IMG/VR virus record: IMGVR_UViG_3300028549_001428
Strand: one strand, 5' to 3'
Source of the DNA: a virus
Taxonomy: Duplodnaviria; Heunggongvirae; Uroviricota; Caudoviricetes
DNA length: 64,000 nucleotides
Positions 1 through 10,621 of this stretch are shown here, piece by piece. Numbering within the stretch: position 1 is the stretch's first letter; each line of letters begins with the position of its first letter. The notes beneath the pieces are model-generated. The model did no database searches and had not been told where the DNA came from. It saw only the letters and a list, made by a program, of their open reading frames with translations. A program made the position numbers and the translations under genes.

Positions 1-271
1 TACACGAACTGGTGATGACTTACATATTAAATATGATGTAAGTGCAATAGATTTAATACTAGGTAAAACATTTGATGTAGAAACACCGACTGGTAATATA
101 ACCGTAACGATACCAGCAGGTACACAACCAACAGCAAAAATACGGGTAAAGAATAAAGGAATTAACGGTGGTAACTTCTATATTGCATTTAAAATGGTAA
201 TTCCTACTCAATTATCGCCTGATGAACTAGAATTATATACAAAATTAAGAAACTTAGAGTTTTCTATTTAA
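1..271 (+). CDS. dnaJ: DnaJ/CbpA-type chaperone, C-terminal peptide-binding domain (5'-truncated by window edge)
   Basis: Frame 2 manual translation TRTGDDLHIKYDVSAIDLILGKTFDVETPTGNITVTIPAGTQPTAKIRVKNKG...VIPTQLS, matching the DnaJ-C pattern R.GDDL..LG..V.T..G..IP.GTQ..R.K.KG; TAA at 269-271. Confidence 0.85.
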   Translation, partial: TRTGDDLHIKYDVSAIDLILGKTFDVETPTGNITVTIPAGTQPTAKIRVKNKGINGGNFYIAFKMVIPTQLSPDELELYTKLRNLEFSI

Positions 272-317
272 CAATAATTTATATTTTAAGTAACATAATT
301 ATAAAGGATGCTATCAA

Positions 318-671
318 ATGAAGCTAACATTAGAAGAAAGATTTAACCTAAGTCGTTACAGCAGAAAATTGCCATGTACATTAGGACTTAGATTGGCTAT
401 AAGTGATTTTTTGGCACAGATTGAAATAACTGCCGATGAATTAAAGACATATGATGTTCAAATCACGCCTAATTTATTCACATGTACCGATCCAACTTAT
501 ACAGTAACGTATGAATCATTCCCTTCAGCAGTTGTTGAGTCAATGAAGCGATATGTATCTATCGTTGATAATGAAAAAAATGCGGATAATATATTATTAC
601 ATAAAATCATTGAAACATTTAAGAAAGTAATGTCAATCACCCCTGAGTTAAAGACTCAGGGGCTTGTGTAA
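318..671 (+). CDS. hypothetical protein; last ~12 codons come from the inserted IsrB element
   Basis: ORF with AAGGA SD; reads across the element end at 632. Confidence 0.7.
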   Translation: MKLTLEERFNLSRYSRKLPCTLGLRLAISDFLAQIEITADELKTYDVQITPNLFTCTDPTYTVTYESFPSAVVESMKRYVSIVDNEKNADNILLHKIIETFKKVMSITPELKTQGLV

Positions 672-905
672 TCTGAAGATTTGTCATCTTCGTGAAAATT
701 AACAGGATATACTGAACTGATTGAACTAGTCTAAGTGAGTTTCGTTCCGTAAGGAACGAAATATAACAAACTGAATCATTGTACGTGACTGTACAATCAC
801 TCTCTGGTGCTCGTCTAGCTGGAGATCAAGTGAGGTGGTCAGTGACGAAGATGTATATATACCCTCGTAAGAGGTGTGTCCTTACGGACAAATTTTAGGA
901 AGTGA
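632..905 (+). ncRNA. omegaRNA (HEARO-like) scaffold for IsrB; predicted 5' guide = flank 612-631
   Basis: ~275-nt non-coding, GC-richer, multi-hairpin region (e.g. TTTCGTTCC-GTAA-GGAACGAAA 740-761) between element end and isrB. Confidence 0.8.
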
Positions 906-1919
906 ATGATGTTAGTAGGAGTTGCATATAATGGACAGGCTTTGATGCCAACCTCGCCCCAAAGGGCGAGGCTGCTTATTGCGTCCAGAAATGCAACTCC
1001 TTACATTCATAAAGGTGTCTTCTGTATCAGGTTGAATAGAGCACCTTCTAATAATAAAACTCAACCAATAGCTATCGGGATTGATCCGGGATCAAAGAAA
1101 GAAGGAATTTCAGTAGTCACTAATACAAAAACTGTATTGAACATACAGTTAAATGCAGTCTCTTGGGTTAAGGATGCTGTAGAATCCCGAAGAAATGCTC
1201 GTAGAGCGAGAAGACAACGGAATACCCCTTGTAGAAATCCACAAGAGAATTATAATGAAGTTGGGTTTATGCCACCTTCAACTAAAGCTAGATGGCAATC
1301 TAAACTTAATCTAATTAAATCATTGAAATCAATCTTTCCTATTTCTATCTGCGTAGTAGAAGACATTAAGGCTAAGACATTGAAGGGAAAGGCTAAATGG
1401 AATGTTTCATTTAGTCCATTGGAAGTTGGAAAGAAATGGTTTTATAATCAAATAGAATCACTTGGATTAAATTTAGTGTTGAAGGAAGGATTTGAAACTG
1501 CTGAGTTGCGGAAGCAACACAGCCTTTCAAAATCCAAACAAAAATTATCAGATAAATGGGACGCTCATTGTGTCGATTCTTGGGTTCTTGCTTCATCGCA
1601 GATGACAACATTACCAACTATTGACAAGACAATGATATTAATTAAACCAATGCAGTTCCATAGAAGGCAATTACATGCATACCAACCTGCTAAAGGTGGT
1701 ATTCGTAGACCCTACGGGTCAACAAGATCAATGGGATTTAGAAGAGGAAGTATTGTTTCTCATCCAAAATTTGGAATTTGCACCATAGGTGGAACTTCCA
1801 AAACCAAAATCAGTTTGCATAATTTACAAACTGGTAAACGCTTAACTCAGAATTCTTTAAGTTCTGATGTTAAGTTTAAAGCATTTAACAATTATAACAT
1901 TTTTATACCCCGAAGCTAA
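906..1919 (+). CDS. isrB: IsrB RNA-guided nickase (PLMP + split RuvC, no HNH)
   Basis: ALMPT (PLMP), GIDPG (RuvC-I), Arg-rich bridge helix RRNARRARRQR, VEDI (RuvC-II), HCVD (RuvC-III); 337 aa; no HNH/CxxC insert between RuvC-II and III. Confidence 0.85.
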   Translation: MMLVGVAYNGQALMPTSPQRARLLIASRNATPYIHKGVFCIRLNRAPSNNKTQPIAIGIDPGSKKEGISVVTNTKTVLNIQLNAVSWVKDAVESRRNARRARRQRNTPCRNPQENYNEVGFMPPSTKARWQSKLNLIKSLKSIFPISICVVEDIKAKTLKGKAKWNVSFSPLEVGKKWFYNQIESLGLNLVLKEGFETAELRKQHSLSKSKQKLSDKWDAHCVDSWVLASSQMTTLPTIDKTMILIKPMQFHRRQLHAYQPAKGGIRRPYGSTRSMGFRRGSIVSHPKFGICTIGGTSKTKISLHNLQTGKRLTQNSLSSDVKFKAFNNYNIFIPRS

Positions 1920-1945
1920 AGACTTCGGGGTTTCATGAGGGATAT

Positions 1946-2941
1946 ATGAAATTAACTGACAGTGTAAATGCGATCTATAATATAGATTTAGATCAATCTA
2001 TTATTGAATTCAAAACCGAATTCAATAATATTTCTAAATTACCTGATCCAACAGGTAGTCATACATTTACTATATCATCATATGAAGATAATAAAGTTAT
2101 TACTGAAGTTTTTTTCTGTAGTGTTTATAGCAAAACTGTATTAATATATGCATCGCAGGTTGCAGTTGAAGTAAATATTGGAAATAAACAAAATACTGAT
2201 CCTGATGATACCACAGTAGAATATGAAATTACTGGTGGTTCGGTTAATGATATTGGTGGTTCATTTATAGAACAATTAGCTAATGAAAATAAATCATCTG
2301 CATATTATATTGGTAGACACTTAAATAATGATAACTTAGATGATCATGTATCCAATTTGATAAATAATAACCTACATGAACTGAATCCATTAGTATTAGA
2401 TAACGACCTCCGTAATAATATAATAAATATGACACATCCTGATATAAAATTGATTTATAGCAAGACTGTGAATAGCGTTTATTATGATATATATACTATA
2501 CCATCTAATAGTACATTTAAAATACAACAGGTAGATGGTATTGATGATGTTGATAACCATAACATAGTTGATGTTGTTATTGTTTCTAGTAATCCTGATT
2601 TGGTATATTTAGGTGATTGTTGTAATTCTCGTGGATTTTATTATAGAATATATGCATTAAACAATTCAGACGAATTATCATGTGCTATTGATATATTGAA
2701 TGCCGAAACTGATGATATAGATAATTTAGTCATTGATTATACCGAGCTGGTTGATATATCAGTTGATTTTTTCAATGAACGAATGAATATGTTCAAGAGT
2801 GATGTAAATATAGCAATTGAAAAAGAAGAACTGCCCGTTGGACTTGATGAAAATCCATACTCAAATAGATATTTTGATGTAGATAAGGCAGTAAATCAAA
2901 AAGAACCATTAAAGATGTCACGCAGATTAGGTGAAGGATAA
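1946..2941 (+). CDS. hypothetical acidic protein
   Basis: 331-aa ORF with GAGGGA SD supplied by the element end. Confidence 0.75.
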   Translation: MKLTDSVNAIYNIDLDQSIIEFKTEFNNISKLPDPTGSHTFTISSYEDNKVITEVFFCSVYSKTVLIYASQVAVEVNIGNKQNTDPDDTTVEYEITGGSVNDIGGSFIEQLANENKSSAYYIGRHLNNDNLDDHVSNLINNNLHELNPLVLDNDLRNNIINMTHPDIKLIYSKTVNSVYYDIYTIPSNSTFKIQQVDGIDDVDNHNIVDVVIVSSNPDLVYLGDCCNSRGFYYRIYALNNSDELSCAIDILNAETDDIDNLVIDYTELVDISVDFFNERMNMFKSDVNIAIEKEELPVGLDENPYSNRYFDVDKAVNQKEPLKMSRRLGEG

Positions 2942-2944
2942 TAA

Positions 2945-3730
2945 ATGCAAGTATATAAATTTAACTCCGTATTCGATCATGTAGCTATCACATTACATGA
3001 ATTATTCGATAAAAATCCTAAATTCGATAAGACATTATTTGTATTAGGATATAATGTACTAAAAGATTTAAACTTTTTACGTCAACAATATAAAGGGTAT
3101 AAGATAATTATATACCAACTTGAACAATTGCATGATAAATCATATTGGGCTAATAAGCAATCATTTAATAATTTGAAACAAGCTGATGAAATTTGGGATT
3201 ATGATAGAAGTAATATCGAATGGATGGCTAAAAATTTTGGTATTCAGGCGCATTTTTTACCAATATTATATACAAATAGCTTAAAAACAATGGACCCCGT
3301 AGAGGTTGTTAAGCCAGATATTGACGTATTATTCTATGGTTATACTCAAGAAAGACGTGCACGTATGATTTTTACCATGCAACAAAAAATGGCTGGTAAA
3401 TTTAAGGTTTTTAATATGTATGGTATTTGGGGGAAAGAATTGGATGAATATATCTCCCGAAGCAAGTTAATTATAAATATACATGCAGATGAAATTGCTA
3501 AACAAGAACAAGTTAGAATGTATTATCCTGTTATTAATGGTAGATGTGTATTGAGTGAATTGAGTCCAACTAACTATTTAGGTGATTCTATTATTCAAGT
3601 ACCATATGAGAAAATGGTAGATGCTACTATAAAAATACTTGAAAGCGATAAATGGAAATCACAGGCATTAAAATGTTCTGATATATATAAAAACATATCG
3701 AATGAGTATAAAAACAAACTAAAAATGTAA
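2945..3730 (+). CDS. glycosyltransferase-like protein (GT-B / CgeB-like)
   Basis: ADEIWDY, DIDVLFYG...RR, SKLIINIH, EQVR..., CVLSE motifs. Confidence 0.65.
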   Translation: MQVYKFNSVFDHVAITLHELFDKNPKFDKTLFVLGYNVLKDLNFLRQQYKGYKIIIYQLEQLHDKSYWANKQSFNNLKQADEIWDYDRSNIEWMAKNFGIQAHFLPILYTNSLKTMDPVEVVKPDIDVLFYGYTQERRARMIFTMQQKMAGKFKVFNMYGIWGKELDEYISRSKLIINIHADEIAKQEQVRMYYPVINGRCVLSELSPTNYLGDSIIQVPYEKMVDATIKILESDKWKSQALKCSDIYKNISNEYKNKLKM

Positions 3731-3759
3731 TAACACAATAATTAAACCTATATTTTTAT

Positions 3760-3768
3760 TATAAACTA
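3760..3768 (+). promoter_or_regulatory. putative phage late promoter TATAAACTA
   Basis: Motif recurs 8-40 nt upstream of at least 10 virion-type genes; resembles T4 late TATAAATA. Confidence 0.7.
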
Positions 3769-3796
3769 TGGTAAATTGGTTTAATTTTGTAATATT

Positions 3797-6700
3797 ATGG
3801 CTATACAATTTCGTTTACATGAAGGCTCCCATCAAACTAGTGGGACAAGCATTGATATCTATAAATTGTTTTTTGGTGTGTACCGAGTAAATAGCGGTAC
3901 ATATTACTTACCTGATTATAGAATTAGAGGATTTTTCAATCATCATTTTCCTCAATCCATTATATCATCAAATACTGGATATATTGTTACAAACATCCAA
4001 TCCACGCAAGGTATTAATATCCAAGCATCGCAGGGATATAATGACTGGATGGATGATATTAGACCTCCAAGAATAGATTCAGACAAATTTTGTTCAGAAA
4101 TTGATATTTATTTCCCATCAGGAACTTTAAACTCAAGTAATCCATCTGCACATGATGGTCAATTCAGTTTAATGGGTTCTGTTGGTGGTGGTATTCGTGA
4201 AGGTAGATATAATGATGTACAAGAATCATATTCATATTTAGATGGAAATACTTCTTATATAACAAATCCATCAAATTGGATTCTTGAAAATAGAATAAAT
4301 GTAAAGACTAGAAATATACAAAGTATATCATCAGTTGGTACTTTAGTAACGGTAACAACTACAGCAAATCATGGATATTCGACAGGCAATGCAATTCGTA
4401 TAGCTGGGTTAGGTAATGAATCTTCTAGATTATTTGGTGCTCCTGGTGAAAGATATACAGGTACATATAAAATAACAGTAACTGGATTAAACACTTTTAC
4501 ATATACAACTAGACATGTTGTTACAGCATCCACATATAATACTGGGGTATGTGAATACTGGGAAGCCGTAGTACATGAAAGTCGAATAAGTTCAATTCAA
4601 GGTAATGGTACAGGAACAATAACCATAAATACCACAGATTCACATAATTTACAAACCAATGATTTGATCGTTATAGGTGGCACTGTTAATTATAATGGTT
4701 CTGCCGTTAGAGTTTTAAGCAGTACATCAACAAGTATAACATGTAGCATACCATCAAATACAAGCACAACACTAGAAAATGTGGGTATTGTATATCATTC
4801 ATCACCGACCCCATCGGCTGCAATTCCCATAAATTATAGTATTGGATATGAGGCTAATATACCAGATGATCATACAATAATAACTAAATTAGTCTATGCA
4901 GATAAAGATACTTATATACGAGTAGGTGATACAAATGGTCATGGTGGATCAACATCATTAAGTGTGATAAATCATGTAGGTGATATATCAAAAGCATTAT
5001 TTAATTTCCCTATTGATGATGTTGTATTATCTGATCTATTATTTGCTGAAATATGCACTTATTATGCTGGTGGTAGTGATGATAATGGTCAATTGGCATT
5101 ATATCAAATGTCCACGGATACATGGAGTGATTCAGGTACATACACAACATTAAACCCACTCATAGTTACTCCAGTAGATCAGGTAGGTAGTTATTCGTTT
5201 GGTAGTACAGGATCTAAAGAACTCAATACCTACACAAAATTCACCGTTTCAACCGCAAAAGTATTGGATTGGATGAATGGAGTAAAATATCCATCAGTTG
5301 CCTTAGTAAAATTAGATAATGAAGGTATAACAAACCAATTTCTTAGTTCGGAAAATACCGAATATAAACCTTATTTGGTTATTAGTTCTGGTGTAATTGA
5401 AGATGATACAAAACCGACACTAACTATAGTTGATAGTTTTATGTATCTAACATGCAACTCAATTCAAGGTAATGGTACTGGTAAAGTTACTGTATCTACT
5501 GATAATGCTCACTTATTGGTTTCTGGTGATATAATTCATTTATATAATGCAACTAACTATGAAGTCATATCAGCTACCGTATTGGGTGGAGCTGATGCAC
5601 CAACTACATACACATTCAAAATAAATATAGTAGGAAATACCAGTGTAATAAACGATACATCGGGTATTATACAAAGAACAACAACAATTAAATTATCAGC
5701 ACTTGGTTATGATAATGAAGAAATATCTAACAACTCTGCTGATATTTCAATTAGAAAAACAACATCTTTAACGGATGTTGGTGAATATAATGTGGTAAAA
5801 AGTTCTGATGGTCACTCAGTAACATTTGACTTCAATCTTCTAGGTATAGATGATGGATATTTTGATGTATCTGTGAAGGACGTAAATGGAAATACTAGTT
5901 TATTACCATTTCAACCACCTATAATAATGGATTATTTTAATGAATTTGGTGAATCATATTCAGTTATGAAATCTGGTAGACCTATATATGTAAAGGGATT
6001 TAACGTTGATTATTACAATGCATCATTTACATCAATTATAGGAGATTCTAATTTATCTGGTGGTATAATCACTGGTGGTAATAATATATCAGTTTCTTCC
6101 TTTAATACCGTAGACAATTGGTTTAGTTTCCAATTCCCTGCAGGTTTACAGGCTGGGTATACTGTATCCAACATTGATACAACACTTAATACAATTACGT
6201 TAGACGATGTAGCTATAAAAGTTGGTGATGTAATTGCATTTAATTCAACAGGTAATTTCATACAACCTCCTTTAATAGTTGGTAAATTGTATTTTGTTAA
6301 GACAGTGACTATTAGCGGATCTGATTCTATCATAACACTATCAGATAATGTATTACTTTCTACTACTGTTGATTTAACAACTGCAAGTTATACTGTGAAT
6401 ATGGTTGCGTCTAATATAGCAACTCCATTGTATATTAATCGTGATGGGTTTAATTCATATAGTTATTATAATAGATTATATGTAAGATTAGATGAGTATG
6501 CACCGAAAATATATATACCAGATATAGTTGGTATTAATGATGTCATTGATATAGTTATAAGTGATTTATATTCTATTGATACTGATAGTGTGACATTTAT
6601 TAATGGAGATCAAGAAGGTTCTCCTATTGATGTCAATGGTGATGGTAAAGTATTGATTTATTCAGTTAGAATTACAGCACCTGGTACTTTTATAGCATCT

Positions 6701-8281
6701 GCTGCTGATAATAATGGAAATATTGCATATTCATCATCATATGTAGCTCCTATATTTACTCCATTTATCGAAGTAATAGGCACTACTATAAATTCACCAA
6801 CATCATTTGTGTTAACTGTACGAGTAACTGATGCTGATATATCAGCAATAGTAGCACCAGATAACGCATCTAGAGGTATTTTTGTGGAAGGATCGGTAGC
6901 AAACACCACATATGGAACTGTAACTAATTTGGCTACGTTTGCTGATGGTATTACATTTGATATCGTAGTCACTGCATTAGGTGATGGCGTTATGAAGATA
7001 TATGCTCATAACAATAATGATGATATCAGTTCACTGATACATCCAATTATAACATTAGTAACTCCTGATTGTTTAAAGGCTGGTGATATAGCAGAGGTGA
7101 CAGGTGTTAATCTATCACCAATTGGTTTACCAAGATCATTTATTAGCGATAAAATTCAAATAAATGAAACAACAGCAACCAATAAATACTTACAAACAAC
7201 TATCCTAAGTGGAATTACTGATGGTACTATAATATTTGCGCTAAGTGTGGAAAATACCACAGGAACCGTATTTAGTAACCCTATATCAAAGATATCTGAC
7301 AATACAGGACCTATTATTACATTAATTGGTGATGCTGTGGTTGATATTAAACAGAGTAATGAGTATGTTGATATGGGTGCAACCGCACAGGATAATATCT
7401 CTGGTAATGTAACTGATAATATAGTAACTACAGGTAATGTGGATACAAATACCATAGGTACTTATTATATAACATATACAGCATTCGATGAGTGTGGTAA
7501 TACATCAACCATTAGTAGACAGGTTAATGTAGGTACTGGATGTCCTGTTTACATAGCACTATCAACCAACAATGCTTATGTTGATGATCAGATTACTATA
7601 TACGCAACGGTTGGCTTGTTTAACCCAACGGTATTATCTAACATAGTTACTGTAAATGGAATAGTTGCACAGATTTTAACTGGCGATAGAGATCATTTAA
7701 TAATTGTAATACCTGAAGGTGCTACTACTGGATATGTTCAAGTTGAAACAGGACCAACTAATACTGGATATGAAAACTGCTCTTTAAGTAATGTAGCTAC
7801 ATTAAATGTATTATATCCAGATACTGCGTTTACTGAAATATCAAGCAAATCAAAATCAGGATTATTGTCTATATTTAATAATGGATTCAATCAGAGTGCT
7901 ATATATAATAGAGATTTAGCATACTCAAACTTTGTAGAAGTTACTGATGAAAATAGTATGATTCAGAATCTATATACTATTTTATTGACTGAAATAGGAA
8001 CTAGATTCTTTAATAATTCATTTGGTGCAACCATACAATCTAAATTATTCTCAGTAGTTGATGATTACGAGTCATTTGAATCGAATTTAATGAACGAAAT
8101 AAATAAATTAGTTGAAAAATATGAACCTAGAATAACTATAATTATAGAACAATCATTTGTGGTATTTGATGAATATTATAATTCTGCACGTGTTGTATTA
8201 GCTGTTAAAGTACCTACAGGAAATGTAAAAACAGTATCATTGACATTTAAAAATGTTAATAATGGTGAGGCAAATATATGA
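3797..8281 (+). CDS. baseplate wedge/sheath initiator gp25-like domain fused to a ~1350-aa beta-rich Ig/adhesin-like region
   Basis: C-term IQNLYTILLTEIGTRFFNNSFG...KYEPRI (gp25/GPW); repeats VTTTANHGYSTGNAIRIAG / INTTDSHNLQTNDLIVIGG; DUF5011-like PIITLIGDAVVDI..YVDMGATAQD; late promoter. Confidence 0.75.
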   Translation: MAIQFRLHEGSHQTSGTSIDIYKLFFGVYRVNSGTYYLPDYRIRGFFNHHFPQSIISSNTGYIVTNIQSTQGINIQASQGYNDWMDDIRPPRIDSDKFCSEIDIYFPSGTLNSSNPSAHDGQFSLMGSVGGGIREGRYNDVQESYSYLDGNTSYITNPSNWILENRINVKTRNIQSISSVGTLVTVTTTANHGYSTGNAIRIAGLGNESSRLFGAPGERYTGTYKITVTGLNTFTYTTRHVVTASTYNTGVCEYWEAVVHESRISSIQGNGTGTITINTTDSHNLQTNDLIVIGGTVNYNGSAVRVLSSTSTSITCSIPSNTSTTLENVGIVYHSSPTPSAAIPINYSIGYEANIPDDHTIITKLVYADKDTYIRVGDTNGHGGSTSLSVINHVGDISKALFNFPIDDVVLSDLLFAEICTYYAGGSDDNGQLALYQMSTDTWSDSGTYTTLNPLIVTPVDQVGSYSFGSTGSKELNTYTKFTVSTAKVLDWMNGVKYPSVALVKLDNEGITNQFLSSENTEYKPYLVISSGVIEDDTKPTLTIVDSFMYLTCNSIQGNGTGKVTVSTDNAHLLVSGDIIHLYNATNYEVISATVLGGADAPTTYTFKINIVGNTSVINDTSGIIQRTTTIKLSALGYDNEEISNNSADISIRKTTSLTDVGEYNVVKSSDGHSVTFDFNLLGIDDGYFDVSVKDVNGNTSLLPFQPPIIMDYFNEFGESYSVMKSGRPIYVKGFNVDYYNASFTSIIGDSNLSGGIITGGNNISVSSFNTVDNWFSFQFPAGLQAGYTVSNIDTTLNTITLDDVAIKVGDVIAFNSTGNFIQPPLIVGKLYFVKTVTISGSDSIITLSDNVLLSTTVDLTTASYTVNMVASNIATPLYINRDGFNSYSYYNRLYVRLDEYAPKIYIPDIVGINDVIDIVISDLYSIDTDSVTFINGDQEGSPIDVNGDGKVLIYSVRITAPGTFIASAADNNGNIAYSSSYVAPIFTPFIEVIGTTINSPTSFVLTVRVTDADISAIVAPDNASRGIFVEGSVANTTYGTVTNLATFADGITFDIVVTALGDGVMKIYAHNNNDDISSLIHPIITLVTPDCLKAGDIAEVTGVNLSPIGLPRSFISDKIQINETTATNKYLQTTILSGITDGTIIFALSVENTTGTVFSNPISKISDNTGPIITLIGDAVVDIKQSNEYVDMGATAQDNISGNVTDNIVTTGNVDTNTIGTYYITYTAFDECGNTSTISRQVNVGTGCPVYIALSTNNAYVDDQITIYATVGLFNPTVLSNIVTVNGIVAQILTGDRDHLIIVIPEGATTGYVQVETGPTNTGYENCSLSNVATLNVLYPDTAFTEISSKSKSGLLSIFNNGFNQSAIYNRDLAYSNFVEVTDENSMIQNLYTILLTEIGTRFFNNSFGATIQSKLFSVVDDYESFESNLMNEINKLVEKYEPRITIIIEQSFVVFDEYYNSARVVLAVKVPTGNVKTVSLTFKNVNNGEANI

Positions 8282-9198
8282 TAGTTAAAAACATAGATAG
8301 TACTACCCAATTAGTATTTACTGATAATATAATAACCGATATTAATTCAATATGTGCTGGATTGGGGTATACAAAAAAAGATGGTGAATTATATAAATCT
8401 GTAGAAATTACTAGAGATTTTAATTATTACCCAGTGTATTCAGATGGTTCTATATTAGCTACAAAAATATCATATAAAAAAGTCAATACTATAGTGTTAA
8501 ACAAAAAGACTGAAATAACGGTCACTGATACCACTATCAATAGATTAGTTAACACATTAAATAGATGTGGATCTGATTATAGTGTAGTTATTAAAGGTAA
8601 TGTATTAAATGGTGGATTATCTTTAGATGTTAATAATAACATAGCATCAAAAGATGGAACTAAAATATCTATCAATAAATCAAGTAATACAGGAAATGAA
8701 GAAAAAAAGATGTCTAATTTCATCCATAACATGAGTATGGATAATGGTAGAATGTTATATCCAGTACTGAAACGATTTTCAAATACTGTGCATTTATTCA
8801 AGGGCAATAAATCAGTATTAACCGGATATGTAAAATTAGATGACTATTTGTATATAATGAAAATGCCACCAGCAGGGATAAAAAGTTTAACTAACGCATC
8901 TAATTGCAATTACAATATTAACTTTAATTCGCATATATGTGAAGTTGAAATAACCGATGTTGTAGATGGTAAGATAAAATATACATTGAATTTTAGTGGT
9001 AACATGACTTCGGTTAATAATAGCGGAAAGTTTAATCCATACATTTTATTTACAACAAGTCCTATTTCAATGCAAAATCAAAGAATGCCTTTTCAGACAG
9101 TTAATGTAAATGGTTTGCATGTATTCATAACACCACTGCTATTTAATAATAAAGAAACACTAGCTAAATTGAAAGGTGGAATAAATTTATTATCTTAA
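8278..9198 (+). CDS. hypothetical protein
   Basis: 306-aa ORF coupled by ATGA overlap. Confidence 0.7.
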   Translation: MIVKNIDSTTQLVFTDNIITDINSICAGLGYTKKDGELYKSVEITRDFNYYPVYSDGSILATKISYKKVNTIVLNKKTEITVTDTTINRLVNTLNRCGSDYSVVIKGNVLNGGLSLDVNNNIASKDGTKISINKSSNTGNEEKKMSNFIHNMSMDNGRMLYPVLKRFSNTVHLFKGNKSVLTGYVKLDDYLYIMKMPPAGIKSLTNASNCNYNINFNSHICEVEITDVVDGKIKYTLNFSGNMTSVNNSGKFNPYILFTTSPISMQNQRMPFQTVNVNGLHVFITPLLFNNKETLAKLKGGINLLS

Positions 9199-9263
9199 CA
9201 AATTTAATGTAATCGATACATAAATAAAGTATTTTATAGTCATGATAAATAAGGGATAGTTAC

Positions 9264-10529
9264 ATGACTAAAAAAGAAAAAGTATCATTAGCATCATCAT
9301 TTGATTTTTTCAAAACAGTAAAAACAGGTGATAAATTTACAGATGCAGGTAAGAAAAGAGAAATTAATGCATGGATAGACACTGGATCATATACGCTAAA
9401 TGCGTTGATATCTGGTGACATGACCAAGGGTTTCCCAGGAAATCGTGCAGTTATGTTAGCAGGTGAAGAAGCAGTAGGTAAAACATTCTTCGCTATCTAT
9501 GGATTTGCAAAACCTCTAGTTGATATGGGATATTTCATATTTTACGTTGATACAGAAAATGCTGTAACCGAAGATCAATTAGTTTCATTCGGATTGCCTG
9601 AAGGGTCGTTCAAAATTATATCACAGGATATTGTTGAAGAATTGAAAACTAATTTTGATACAATATTGAATCAATTGGAAGAAGCTCGTGGTAAGGCACT
9701 ATCTAATAAAAACAAGTGCGCATTCATCATTGACTCTCAAGGTATGTTAGATACATTGAAGTCAAGAAAAGATATCAAGGAAGAAAACTATGTTAGTGAT
9801 ATGACACTTCAGAAAGAATTGAAGCGTTTATATAGATCTATCCTTGTTAGAATGGGTGAACTTGAAATACCTATGCTAATTACTAACCACGTATACACAA
9901 ATATCGGTGGTTATGGTGATCCTAAGAAGGTTGCTGGTGGTAGCGGTGGTTTATATGCATCTAGTGTTATATTGTCAATGAAAAAGAAACAATATAAAGA
10001 AGGTGATACAAGAAAGGGTACTATCATCACAGCAAAGAATCTAAAATCTCGTATATGTCGTGATGGACTTGAATCATGTGTGTATTTGAATTTTGAAAGG
10101 GGTTTGAATAAATGGTATGGATTGCATTTATTTGCTCGTGATGGTGATCTAATCGAAAAATTCAATTCAGATCATGAAGATATGGGTGTTGTAGCTCCTA
10201 AATATAAAGGAAAATCAACTCTATATGTAATTAAAGATCCAAAGAAAGAACCTAAAAACTGGATCGTATGTAAGGATACTGAATTACATAAAGGAAGTAC
10301 AATAGGTACTATCTTTGATGAAATCAATACATATGTTAAGGATACCTTTAAATTGCTGAACCCATCCGATTTTGATTATGGTGATGAAGATCCAGATGAA
10401 CAGGATATTGAAATATCGGAAGATAATTTCAAGGCTGAAGGTGAAGATACTGACGATACTAAGGTTGTTAAGGCAACTAAAGGGAAGAAAAAGTTAGTAA
10501 TCAGCGCACAAGAAGAAGATTCAGAATAA
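9264..10529 (+). CDS. uvsX: UvsX/RecA-like recombinase
   Basis: IDTGSYTLNALISG, Walker A GEEAVGKT, DTENA, IIDS, TNHVY, GGSG; acidic tail. Confidence 0.92.
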   Translation: MTKKEKVSLASSFDFFKTVKTGDKFTDAGKKREINAWIDTGSYTLNALISGDMTKGFPGNRAVMLAGEEAVGKTFFAIYGFAKPLVDMGYFIFYVDTENAVTEDQLVSFGLPEGSFKIISQDIVEELKTNFDTILNQLEEARGKALSNKNKCAFIIDSQGMLDTLKSRKDIKEENYVSDMTLQKELKRLYRSILVRMGELEIPMLITNHVYTNIGGYGDPKKVAGGSGGLYASSVILSMKKKQYKEGDTRKGTIITAKNLKSRICRDGLESCVYLNFERGLNKWYGLHLFARDGDLIEKFNSDHEDMGVVAPKYKGKSTLYVIKDPKKEPKNWIVCKDTELHKGSTIGTIFDEINTYVKDTFKLLNPSDFDYGDEDPDEQDIEISEDNFKAEGEDTDDTKVVKATKGKKKLVISAQEEDSE

Positions 10530-10553
10530 TTAAATGTACTAATAACAAAATAA

Positions 10554-10591
10554 AAAAAGTCACGTGTATGTCACGTGACTTTTTCTTTTTT
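10554..10591. terminator. intrinsic terminator (bidirectional type)
   Basis: AAAAAGTCACGTG-TATGT-CACGTGACTTTTT plus T-tract. Confidence 0.75.
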
Positions 10592-10621
10592 ATGTATATT
10601 TGTATGTAGGAGTTTTTATAT

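Larger units (their letters stand above)
632..1945 (+). mobile_element. IS200/IS605-family non-autonomous IsrB (OMEGA) element
   Basis: Terminal hairpins CCCCTGAG-TTAAAGA-CTCAGGGG (640-662) and CCCCGAAG-CTAAAGA-CTTCGGGG (1908-1930). Minus-strand guide/cleavage tetranucleotides fit IS608-type pairing (CAAG/TGAC, GAAA/TCAT). Excision restores an ATGA stop/start overlap. Confidence 0.85.

Noticed and set aside
906-1919. IscB or Cas9 call
   Set aside because: No HNH or CxxC insert, only 337 aa, and no CRISPR array; fits IsrB
6013-7455. Antisense ORFs in the track (also 30710, 32372, 42264, 48537, 56610 etc.)
   Set aside because: Shadow ORFs opposite long, well-supported genes; no SD or motifs
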